The notes beneath the pieces were generated by a model. That model made no database searches. It was not told the DNA's origin and was given only the letters and a program-made list of their open reading frames with translations. Made by a program: the position numbers and the translations under genes. A stretch of 63,593 bases of DNA, filler included, from Octopus bimaculoides (lineage: Eukaryota), in the NCBI RefSeq assembly GCF_001194135.2. It is 4 parts of 4 records of this genome, joined end to end, with 100 filler letters (N's around TTAATTAATTAA, not from the genome) between each part and the next. Parts side by side here need not be neighbours in the genome. Positions count along the whole stretch, not along the records: positions 1 to 28,181 come from NC_068992.1; positions 28,282 to 57,940 come from NC_068991.1; 2 more parts are not named here. The stretch is one strand, 5' to 3'. Every line of letters starts with the position of its first letter. Position 1 is the first letter of the stretch. Positions 27,693 through 38,454 of the stretch are shown here, piece by piece.

Positions 27693-28141
27693 ACAATCTT
27701 AATAATAATGATGGCGATGATGATAATAAATGGAATATCAGGAAGCTGAAACAAAAGGTAAGTCAGAGAAACTACAGTGAGTTTAAATTCGGTAATAAAT
27801 TATTTGTCATTTTTTAACCTCCACCCCTGTATTAACCTCTCCACCACCATCCCCGATACACAAATATACGTACGTTGCTTGGCAGACAAAAATACTGATA
27901 GTATCGCTTTCAATTATTTCACAGCAGAAAATTCCTCGGCGAAATGAGAATCTTATTTATATAATGTTGTAATCGTTGAATGTGCTTGACTGTAATTGTT
28001 TGCTTTGGATATAATTTTATCCAACATATTTTATGAGCTTGTACTAATCAATGAATTCTTTTATTATGAACGGATTCACACACTATTTCCTACCAGTTTT
28101 ATCTATGAAATATATTTGTGCAATGCTAGTCTAATGTGGCA

Positions 28142-28181
<40 letters not shown>

Positions 28182-28281
28182 NNNNNNNNNNNNNNNNNNN
28201 NNNNNNNNNNNNNNNNNNNNNNNNNTTAATTAATTAANNNNNNNNNNNNNNNNNNNNNNNNNNNNNNNNNNNNNNNNNNNN
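28182..28281. other. Artificial scaffold-join linker
   Basis: 44 N + TTAATTAATTAA (28226-28237) + 44 N = 100 bp; identical design at 57941 and 62236. Confidence 0.95.
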
Positions 28282-28455
28282 CATATATATTGTTATATGG
28301 ACTGTTAGATATGTAATTCGTCTGACGTTCCGTGTGTCATGTGGTTCGTCTGAGTTCATTGTTTCATTGTTGTTGTCTTGTGGGACTATCGTAGTAAAAT
28401 GTCATTGATATATATATGGCGGACATGACTTTTGTTTATTCATAACGAACATTGG
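28282..28455 (+). promoter_or_regulatory. Candidate non-coding first exon / promoter-proximal region of the DUF229 gene
   Basis: Non-repeat, CpG-retaining sequence; YY1-like ATGGCGG at 28416-28422; consensus donor TGG|GTGAGT at 28456. The ATG at 28416 opens only a 9-codon uORF. Confidence 0.4.
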
Positions 28456-28681
28456 GTGAGTGCGTTCTTTGTATGTAATTGAACAATAAATGTAATAATT
28501 AAATTGTATAACTCGTTATGTTATCTCTGCGAGTCAGTCCGAGGGAAACATAACATATATACATACACGCGCGCGCACTCGTAAATTCATTATACAGGCA
28601 TACATCCACCAATATTATTTACATACATATATTCAAACACGCACGCACATACACATATATATGTATGCATATATGTATGTA

Positions 28682-28713
<32 letters not shown>

Positions 28714-29094
28714 CCAGACTTGGTACCAAACACAAACAAAACTTGATGCAAGGAAACTGGCACTTCATCTCATAAGTACCGACTGCCATTATTTCAATGT
28801 CTAAGATACACCTAATTAATATAGAAATAGATTCGGTGAAATTGAAAAGTTGAGACAGATTTAATGTAATAGATAAACACTGAACGAAAGAGTGAGAGAA
28901 AGAGACTACATGTATGTGTGCGCGAGTGTGTGTGGTGTGTACGTGTAGATATATGTGAGAGAGTATGATATAGAGAAATTGAATGTAATAAATAACTAGA
29001 TAGATCGAGAGAGAGAGAGAGTGTGAGGGAGTTGAACAAATTCTGTCTTGACCCATGCAAGTATGGAGAAGTAGACGTGAAATGATGATGGTGT

Positions 29095-29470
29095 TCTTTT
29101 ACTTGTTTCGGTCATTTGACTGTGGCCATGCTGGAGCGCCGCCTTTTAGTCGAACAAATCGACCTCAGGACTTACCCTTTGTAAACCTAGTACTTATTCT
29201 ATCGGTCTGATTTGCCAAACCGCTAGTGTTACGGGGACGTAAACACACCAGCATCGATTGTCAAGCGATGGTGTAAGGACAAATACACACACACGCACGC
29301 ACACATATATATACGACGGGCTACTTTCAGTTTCTGTCTACCAAGTCCGCACACAAGACTTTGGTCGGCCCAAGGCTATAGCAGAACATACTTGCTCAAG
29401 GTATCACGCAGTGGGATTGAACTCGGAACCATGTGTTTGGGAAGCAAGCTTCTTACCATACAACCACTCC
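29095..29470 (-). mobile_element. Full-length SINE family B
   Basis: Collinear with 23549-23945. Confidence 0.92.
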
Positions 29471-31224
29471 AATAAAATATCATATGGTGTTACTATATCG
29501 TATATNNNNNNNNNNNNNNNNNNNNNNNNNNNNNNNNNNNNNNNNNNNNNNNNNNNNNNNNNNNNNNNNNNNNNNNNNNNNNNNNNNNNNNNNNNNNNNN
29601 NNNNNNNNNNNNNNNNNNNNNNNNNNNNNNNNNNNNNNNNNNNNNNNNNNNNNNNNNNNNNNNNNNNNNNNNNNNNNNNNNNNNNNNNNNNNNNNNNNNN
29701 NNNNNNNNNNNNNNNNNNNNNNNNNNNNNNNNNNNNNNNNNNNNNNNNNNNNNNNNNNNNNNNNNNNNNNNNNNNNNNNNNNNNNNNNNNNNNNNNNNNN
29801 NNNNNNNNNNNNNNNNNNNNNNNNNNNNNNNNNNNNNNNNNNNNNNNNNNNNNNNNNNNNNNNNTATATGTATATATATATATATATAAATTCTCCCATA
29901 TATATGTGTGTGTGTGTACACATATATACATGCACATACCTTTTTAAAAAAGAAAGATATATTGGAGACTGATACACAAAAAAGATACCTGGTCGTAGTT
30001 GGAAGGCTTTTGTCAGAGGTCTGTTCTGTCAAATCTGAACTGGGTTTAAACAACTATATATGTAACCGGTTAACGAAGAATTCACTATATCGATGATTCT
30101 CAACCCTTCCACTGCTATTTAATCATTTCACTTGATTTATTTCACCATTTACTTTCCAGGCTCTACAAAGAAAAAAAAAGCACTAAATAAATATAAAAGC
30201 CCACATCACTGCCCAGACGCTATCTTTAGGATAGCATGTTAGTGTTAGTCTTAAATTAAATAAAAAATTCCCGCTGTGTTGATGGCTTCTTTTAACATAT
30301 ATATAACACCCCCCCCCCCATATATATATAAGGGAGATTGCTTTTTGATTGTTTTCCATTTCTTCCTTATCTTTATCAGTTTCTTTTCATCCTTATCTTA
30401 GAGTTATTTACAATTTTGTTTCCTTTTAGTTTTGACTTAAAATATAATAATGCAGTCAAGAACTTTATGATACAATTTTTGTTGAGAATAAGATATTTTT
30501 GATATCTACTTTTAGCATGTTTTTGTTCTTTGTTTTTTGTTTATTGCTACATCAAAAACTTATTTTTGACTTATGCTTCGCATGTAATTTGAATCACCAT
30601 CCTATCTTATCGTTTTTGCTCTCTCGACTATTCATATCAAATAGATGATGCATGGATAGCAATCACTTACGTATTAGTTTTGTCAGCTGTCATTCGTACA
30701 TATAATGAGTTTCTCTTATGTCATAATGATACGACTCTAGTATTTTAGTTATCAAATCAGTTAGCCATTTCGTGCCTCCATCACCTCTTGTCTCAAATTT
30801 CAAACTGTAATTTATTTCATTTTTCTTAAACCTTCATGTGTATGTTTATAAAACATCCTAAAATAGAAATCAGCTGGCGTTAGAAAACTAGAAGAGAAGA
30901 TAACTTTGTTTTGTAATCCGCTCCACAACTTCATAATAAAATGTCTATCAATCTTGTTACGCGCTTTATTGATCTCACTCGATAGATGTCATGCTCTTTT
31001 GATCAGAAATAGAAATGGAAGAATCGTCTTGCATTATTATTAATGTTATCCAAATAATATGTTACCATTATTGAGGAATCTCTTGTAGACGAATGAGACA
31101 TAAACACTTTGCAATCTTATCTCCGTTATGTTTGTCCTCTGGAGAATTGCTCTTCTGTAATTTGGATGAGATGTATGTTTATGTGTATGTGCACACGTAT
31201 GTATGTGTATGTGTGTATATATAT

Positions 31225-31481
31225 ATCATCATCATCATCATCGTCATCGTTTAACGTCCGCTTTCCATGCTAGCATGGGTTGGACGATTTGACTGAGGAC
31301 TGGTGAAACCAGATGGCTACACCAGGCTCCAATCTGATTTGGCAGAGTTTTTACAGCTGGATGCCCTTCCTAACGCCAACCACTCAGAGAGTGTAGTGGG
31401 TGCTTTTATGTGCCACCGGTCCGAAGGCCAGTCATGGGGTACTGGCAACGGCCACGCTCGAAATGGTGTATTTTACGTGCC
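31225..31481 (-). mobile_element. SINE family D with (GAT)n tail, young copy
   Basis: (cat)n-cgtttaacgtccgctttccatgctagcatgggttggacg...ggatgcccttcctaacgccaaccac; reverse complement of 34430-34627. Confidence 0.88.
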
Positions 31482-31535
<54 letters not shown>

Positions 31536-31801
31536 NNNNNNNNNNNNNNNNNNNNNNNNNNNNNNNNNNNNNNNNNNNNNNNNNNNNNNNNNNNNNNNNN
31601 NNNNNNNNNNNNNNNNNNNNNNNNNNNNNNNNNNNNNNNNNNNNNNNNNNNNNNNNNNNNNNNNNNNNNNNNNNNNNNNNNNNNNNNNNNNNNNNNNNNN
31701 NNNNNNNNNNNNNNNNNNNNNNNNNNNNNNNNNNNNNNNNNNNNNNNNNNNNNNNNNNNNNNNNNNNNNNNNNNNNNNNNNNNNNNNNNNNNNNNNNNNN
31801 N

Positions 31802-31855
<54 letters not shown>

Positions 31856-31856
31856 A

Positions 31857-31993
31857 CAGGCTTCTTTCCGTTTCTTTCTACTCTACCAAATCCACTCACA
31901 AAGCTTCGGTCACCTCAACGCTATAGTAAAAGACACTTGCCCATCGTTACATGTGGTTGGAAGGCAAGCTTCTTACCACACAGCCACACCTAT
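31857..31993 (-). mobile_element. SINE family B head, internally deleted
   Basis: ctaccaaatccactcacaaagc...agacacttgccca...gcttcttaccacacagccacacc. Confidence 0.8.
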
Positions 31994-32403
31994 ACACACA
32001 CCATCATCATCATCATCATCATCATCAGTAATCTGCTAATGAAACCATAACATCATTCATTTTCTTCCTCCAATTGTCTTTGTCCCTCATCAAGACTTTG
32101 ATTTCAGAACAAGAAACTTATTCCAGTATCCGCTCTGAGCATTTTTGGAAAGATCTTTAGTCCTGCTGCTCTGTGCCACCTATTTCCTGACGGTGACCAA
32201 AATAAAAGCTTAGAAGCCAGTTGGTCCCCATCTCTGTGGTAATGGCCAGTAAAGCAGAATCTTCTTTGCTAGATGGTGTCTGAGTGTCATGGCAGACCTT
32301 TGTGTAACTCTGTGTTGGTTAGATGATCTCTCAAACTGATGTTAAAATTTTTTCCCCAGTAGCTTAGTAATATATAATCCATGTACTTTTGAAAGAAGCC
32401 TGT

Positions 32404-32460
<57 letters not shown>

Positions 32461-33139
32461 CTAAGGCTGTGTCACAATCAAATGACCGAAACTAGTAAAA
32501 GAATAGAAAGACAAATAGATCTGAGGAAACTAACAGAGAAAGACATACATTGAGAGAGAGAGAGAAAGAGAGAGAGAGAAAGAGAGAAAGAGAGAGAGGG
32601 CGGGAACAATTTCCTTTTTTACAGGAAATGAATGGTATGTTGCATATTGTTCTCTACATTTTTATAAATAGGAAACAATTTGAAACAATACTGCCATTAT
32701 TTAACCACACAGACACGTAATAGGCATGCAGCACAGAGTGGCAATAAATATGCTTTAAACATACACACACACAAGGTCTCCATTGTGAGCATGACTTCTT
32801 TTTACACCTGACTGTATTGAAAGAAAAATGGATTATTGTTGGAAAACAAAGGATCTCATCTGTCTGTTGGTCTGTCTCCCAATATAAGCATCCTCTTCAC
32901 TTATTAGCTGACTTACGGCTCTGACCATATTTACAGAAATTGGATGTGTGGTAAGAAACTTGTTTCCCAACCATATTGTTCCGGGTTCAGTCCCACTGTG
33001 TTTTCTATGCTGGTATGGATTGAATAATTTCACAGTGTCCAGTAAGCCGTAGGGCTATGTCAAACTCCAATGTCAGCTTTCATATAATTTCTATAAATGG
33101 ATGTCCTTCCTAACGTAAACCACTTTACAATGTACACTG

Positions 33140-33250
33140 GGTGTTATCTAAGGGTGGATGCGAGTAGCTGGAAAAAAGATAGAGATGGTAATGATGAGAT
33201 GCTGGAACATCTCAAGAGACAAGGTGGATATAAGAGAGAATACAGACAGT
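33140..33250 (+). repeat. Unclassified purine-rich interspersed repeat (family E); further copies at about 45540-45715 and 52155-52340
   Basis: Shared blocks (gagaagatacatggcta)...gagtagctg...agagatgg...gagatgc..ga.catctcaaga...tataagaga.aat.cag. Confidence 0.6.
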
Positions 33251-33795
33251 ACGTGTGTGTGTGTGTGTATGTATGTATGTGTGTGCTATGGGTTTCCATA
33301 CAATTTCCTTCTACCAAATTCTCTCACAAGGCATTGGTTGGCCCAGTGCTAAAATAAAATAACCCCAAATTGTTTTAGACTAAGGTTAGTTTTAGGGACT
33401 GTCTCTAAGGTTTTAGAGTAGAGCAGAGCAGGACAATAGCTCAGGTTTTAGAATTAAGCTGAAAGCTAAGTTTTAGAGTGAAAAGTTAAGTTTTCAGACA
33501 GTTTAAAGATGATCTAAAAGCCAAGATTTAAAATCATATTGAAAGCTAAGTCAACAAATTTGTCTTATTTATTTAGTAAATTCATTATTTCCAATTCAAA
33601 TTAAATCACTAATGATATATAAAATATTCATTTGATTCCTCAGTAGAATTGTTTTGAAGAGGAATTAATGGCTTCTGGTATTCTTTTATTTCTGAAGTAG
33701 CTTTAACTTGAAAAACTGCTGAATGTTCCTCCATTATTCACAGAATGTGTTTATCTTTGCAGATGTACCAAAGACGACCATTTACATTCTCCTAG

Positions 33796-33843
33796 ATGGC
33801 ATCATTTGAAAATATGTTGCTGAGACCTATAAAGAAGTTCCTG
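33796..33843 (+). CDS. Proposed first coding exon of the DUF229 gene (MASFENMLLRPIKKFL); exon may begin at 33763
   Basis: Acceptors tttatctttgcag| (33762) and tttacattctcctag| (33795), donor CTG|GTAAGT (33844). The 16 codons end in phase 0 and join in frame to either acceptor of the large exon (40987 or 40996). Confidence 0.6.
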
Positions 33844-34114
33844 GTAAGTTCAAATTGGTTTTCCTTCCATTCACTGCTGATGTTGCTGTTGTTGTTGTTG
33901 TTGTAGTGCTATTGTTTTTATCCATTATTCATTATTTTTATTGTCCATTGTTTTTGTTGTTATTGCTGCTGGTTTGTTTATTTTCTTATTCCTTTGTTCA
34001 TTATTGTCATTGTTGTTTTTCTTGTTATGCATTCATCATCATCGTCGTCATCATCGTTTAACGTCCGCTTGATGATACTATTCAGTACAATATCTTATAA
34101 TATATATGTATATA

Positions 34115-34260
34115 GGCGCAGGAGTGGCTGTGTGGTAAGAGGCTTGCTTCCCAACCACATGGTTCTGGGTTCAGTCCTACTGAGTGGCACCTTGGGCAAG
34201 TGTCGTCTGCTATTGCCATATTTATATATACATATATATATATATTTATATACATATATA

Positions 34261-34301
<41 letters not shown>

Positions 34302-34592
34302 TTATATATGTGTGTGTAGCGTCTCCTTACTACCACCGTCGCCTTACTGGCCCATGTGCCGGTGGCGCGTTAGAAAATCATTCAAGCGAGGTCATTGCCA
34401 ATGCCGCTGGACTGGCTCCTGTGCATGTGGCACATAAAAAGCACCCACTACACTCTTAGAGTGGTTGGCGTTAGGAAGGACACCCAGCTGTAGAAACTCT
34501 GCCAGATCAGATTGGAGCCTGGTGCAGCCATCTGGTTAGCCAGTCCTCAGTCAAATCGTCCAACCTATGCTAGCATGGAAGGCGGACGTTAA

Positions 34593-34627
<35 letters not shown>
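34115..34627 (+). mobile_element. Composite SINE: family B head + microsatellite + family D body and (GAT)n tail
   Basis: ggcgcaggagtggctgtgtggtaag...ggcaccttgggcaagtgtc (34115-34210), then the D body ending gcatggaaggcggacgttaaag(gat)n. Confidence 0.8.
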
Positions 34628-34628
<1 letters not shown>

Positions 34629-35107
34629 TGTATATATATAAATATGTATGTATAGATAAATATAAGGTAAGGTTGTGTATCTTGTTTCCACGAGTACACA
34701 CACACATATACTTCATAGATGTAAACCACGTAGAGATATAGAATATCTACTTGCTGTAAGTTAGTGTACTTAGTTCCCATTAACATAATTAATCTTACCT
34801 GCAAATGTTTATTTTTTGTTATAAGAGATAGAATTATAGGAAAATAAATATATGTCAGTTTTGCCCCAAAATATTAATAATGGTTTCTTGTGAGTGGGGC
34901 ATGATGCCAATTCTTTTTTTTTTTTTCATAATTTTTATTTTATTTTTATTTTGATCCTTAAGACTCATGTTTGCATGGGTCAGACCAAGTATATCTGAGG
35001 CAGATTTTTCTACGACTGAGTGTCTTTCCAGTCACCAACCCTCATTAACATAATATTTCCCCATGACCAGTCATGTCCTTGTGGAATATTAGAAATGAAT
35101 GGTACTG

Positions 35108-35380
35108 CAGGCATGGTTGTGTGACATAATTGTGTGGCTATGAACCTTGTTTCCCAACAAGCGGTACTGTGCAGTACCTTTGGGTACCGTGCAGTACCTT
35201 TGGGTACCGTGCAGTACCTTTGGGTACCGTGCAGTACCTTTGGGTACCGTGCANNNNNNNNNNTTTGGGTACCGTGCAGTACCTTTGGGTACCGTGCAGT
35301 ACCTTTGGGTACCGAATGGTACTTTGGGAAAGTGTCTTCTATTTATGGTCCCAGGTCGACGAAAGCCTTCTGAATGGACT
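35108..35380 (+). mobile_element. SINE family B head containing a 20-bp minisatellite expansion
   Basis: Unit tgggtaccgtgcagtacctt, about 8 copies at 35161-35330 with a 10-N gap, flanked by SINE head and tttgggaaagtgtcttct. Confidence 0.8.
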
Positions 35381-35565
35381 GGCTAGATAAATACATTGTA
35401 AACCAACATCATCTTCATCATACAACTGATGGCATTTCCAATTTTCCTTAAAACTATGTCTGGCCATGGGTAAATATTTCATGTTACTAAGTTGGCAATG
35501 ATAGGGTAAATTTTGAGATTATTCAGTACAAGAGAGCAGGAAACTAGGCTGCTTCTGTGAAGAAC

Positions 35566-35734
35566 ATAGGTGCAAGTGTAGCTGTATGGTAGAAAGTTTA
35601 CTTCCTAACCACATGGTTCTGGGTTCAGTCCCGCTGCATGGCACATTGGGCAAGTGTCTTCTATAGCCCTGAGCCAGCCAATGTCTTCTGAGTGGTAAGC
35701 AAGCTACTTACCACACGGTCACTCCTGCACCTAT
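35566..35734. mobile_element. Fold-back structure made of two oppositely oriented SINE B heads
   Basis: Left ataggtgcaagtgtagctgtatggta...; right ...tacttaccacacggtcactcctgcacctat is its imperfect reverse complement. Confidence 0.7.
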
Positions 35735-35962
35735 ATATATATATATCTGTGTGTATTTATATGTATGTATACGCACACACACAATTACACACATGTAATA
35801 TTAGCTGTTAACAAATAGACATAAGTCATATATTTTATTGCTGATGAAGTTACAGTTTATTTTCTGGTTATTAATTTTGTTTCATGGATAATACACTTGC
35901 ATAATTGTATGTATAAACATGTGTATGCATGGCTTTGTGTCCATGCACATGTATACGTTTGC

Positions 35963-35994
<32 letters not shown>

Positions 35995-36175
35995 TATCAT
36001 TATTATTATTATTATTATCATCATTATTTAAAGTCTGCCTTCCATGCTAGCACGGGTGGGACATATATCTACACATATACATATATATGTGTGGTGTGTG
36101 TGTTTGTTTATATGTGTGTGCGTTTGTGTTTCTATATATCTATCTGTAATGGATATATGTATGAGTAATATACTG

Positions 36176-36388
36176 ATTTCATATTTTGGCACAAGGCCAG
36201 CAATTTCGGGGGACGGAGTAAGTCGATTACATCAGCCCCAGTGCTCAGCTGGTACTTATTTTTTCTCAAATCTAAAAAGATGAAAGCCAAAGTCACCCTC
36301 AGCAGAATCTGAACTCGGAACATAAAGGCAGGTAAAATACTATTAAGTATTTTGCCCACCATGCTAATGATTCCTGCCAGCTCACCAT
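36176..36388 (-). mobile_element. SINE family C, full length
   Basis: tttggcacaaggccagcaatttcggg...gatgaaagccaaagtcaccctcagcagaatctgaactc...ctgccagctcacc. Confidence 0.85.
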
Positions 36389-36608
36389 TTTATGTATGAC
36401 TGATATATTGACATATGGTTTGCGTGAGTATATGTGGATACATGCATATATGTATAACATGTTTGGATGTATGTGTGCATGTGTATGTGTGTGTATATAT
36501 ATATAAATAGAAAGAGAGATTTAATCCCCCAAAAAATGGAGAAAAAACAATGCAAGGAGGTGGTACATGGAAGGTATTAAGCAGAGGCTCAGGGAAGGAA
36601 AGAAAGGT

Positions 36609-36645
36609 TGTTTTACGTTTCGAGCAAAGCTCTTCTTCAGAAACA
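36609..36645 (-). ncRNA. Minimal type I hammerhead ribozyme motif
   Basis: Minus strand reads UGUUU-CUGAAGA-A-GAGC UUU GCUC-GAA-ACGU-A-AAACA: 5-bp stem I, intact CUGANGA and GAAA core, 4-bp stem II, palindromic ACGU stem III, GUA cleavage triplet. Confidence 0.75.
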
Positions 36646-36741
36646 GGAGACGGAGGAAAGTCCAAGAGTAAAGGAAGATGGAGGGAAAAAAATCGCCAAC
36701 AATCCACATGTAGTTACATTTTGGAATGTATATATACGTAT

Positions 36742-36960
36742 ATGATGGCTGTCCACTCGTGACCGAGGAAAGCCATTACTGACCTGTAGGAACATTTTGT
36801 GCTCAGGACTACCTTATACTTTACACTTGTGGCTCTGTTGGTGACTAACGAGCCCTGCTCTTGATAAACATACACAACTGCAAACATTACAGACCAAGCT
36901 TTCCCCATTCATTACACTAGCAGTGAGTTTTCGAGCAGCTCGCTTAACTTCTTCATAAAG
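36742..36960 (-). pseudogene. 3' end of an RTE-clade LINE (terminal zinc finger + 3'UTR), rest in gap
   Basis: Translation LYEEVKRAARK...LVCNVCSCVCLSRAGLVSHQQSH matches the RTE terminal CxxC...SR.GL.SH motif; followed by an RTE-like tail atggctttcctcggtcacgagtggacagccatcat. Confidence 0.75.
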
Positions 36961-37526
36961 ANNNNNNNNNNNNNNNNNNNNNNNNNNNNNNNNNNNNNNN
37001 NNNNNNNNNNNNNNNNNNNNNNNNNNNNNNNNNNNNNNNNNNNNNNNNNNNNNNNNNNNNNNNNNNNNNNNNNNNNNNNNNNNNNNNNNNNNNNNNNNNN
37101 NNNNNNNNNNNNNNNNNNNNNNNNNNNNNNNNNNNNNNNNNNNNNNNNNNNNNNNNNNNNNNNNNNNNNNNNNNNNNNNNNNNNNNNNNNNNNNNNNNNN
37201 NNNNNNNNNNNNNNNNNNNNNNNNNNNNNNNNNNNNNNNNNNNNNNNNNNNNNNNNNNNNNNNNNNNNNNNNNNNNNNNNNNNNNNNNNNNNNNNNNNNN
37301 NNNNNNNNNNNNNNNNNNNNNNNNNNNNNNNNNNNNNNNNNNNNNNNNNNNAAACATGTCCCTGAATGCAGGCTAGGCTGGGTGGAGGTGCTTGTCTCCC
37401 CCTCGCAAACATAAGGACACAGGAAATGTGTCAAGGCCGACAGGAAGCAATCCAGCTTCCTAGGGCTAAATAGCAGTAGTATATTCCCTTATTGGGACTG
37501 TCACCTTAAGTTGACAGTATACAACT

Positions 37527-37575
<49 letters not shown>

Positions 37576-38026
37576 GTATTTATACAGACATATATACATA
37601 TATATATGTGTATACACGCACACACACACATATATATGGCATATCTGGGTTCCTACACGTGTTTATGTATATGCAATCTCTATGGGTGTGTGCCGGTGTT
37701 TGAAAGCATCAGTAAATTTTTGTCTTAAAAGTGTTAAAACTGCTACCACCAGTTATATATACAAAATTCAATGTAGCAAAAATTAATTTAAAAAGAAAAA
37801 AGAAATTTTTTTAAAGAAAATATAAGACATTTCATGTAAAAATAATTTTTAAAATCAAGAGCGCTTGATAGCCCTCTGTGGAATTTTTCTGATAATTTCA
37901 AAAATGCAGCCAAGGAAATTACTCGTTGAGTACCATAATTAATATAGAATTAGATATATGAGGAAGTTAGCAGAATATGAATTACCCTTCGTTTTTCAAA
38001 GCACTTGTTTATTTTTCTCATTTATT

Positions 38027-38065
<39 letters not shown>

Positions 38066-38290
38066 AATGCAAGAGAAAACCTCATTTATTACTTCAGTTT
38101 GGATTGTTCCATAGGGGAAAGAAAAATCCAATCCATCTGTATTTATTAGTCCCTTGTGAATAAGACTGAACCAATTTTTGGAAACTTTCCTTCTTGTTTT
38201 GGTAGCGTTGTCATTGAATACAGAGACTGAAGGTCTTTGACTGTTGTGGTATCTTATGATTTTGTTAGAAACTGTAAGATAAGAAACAGG

Positions 38291-38430
38291 TTGGGCTCTT
38301 GGTAGTGTTCATGGGTTTCATGTTTGATACTATTGCGTGGCACCTTGGGCAAGTGTCTTCTACCACAGCCTTGTATTGACTAAAGCCTTGTGAGTGGATT
38401 TTGTAGACAGAAACTGAAAGAAGCCTATCA
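38291..38430 (+). mobile_element. SINE family B head, diverged
   Basis: gcgtggcaccttgggcaagtgtcttctac...aaagccttgtgagtggattttgtagacagaaactgaaagaagcc. Confidence 0.8.
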
Positions 38431-38454
38431 TGTGTGTGTGTGGGTGTGTGTATG

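Noticed and set aside
28226-28237. TTAATTAATTAA as a biological homeodomain or PacI-like motif
   Set aside because: It always sits centred in exactly 88 N, so it is an assembly spacer.
30160-30237. Extra 5'UTR exon of the DUF229 gene
   Set aside because: The acceptor is plausible but the donor (GTTAGT) is weak and there is no other support.
35161-35330. CRISPR-like array of short partly palindromic repeats
   Set aside because: Units are contiguous with no unique spacers, derive from a SINE core, and no cas genes exist in this eukaryotic context.
37351-37434. Continuation of the RTE ORF2 (GHV motif) on the far side of the gap
   Set aside because: Only three residues match and the surrounding translation does not resemble RTE; cannot be supported.
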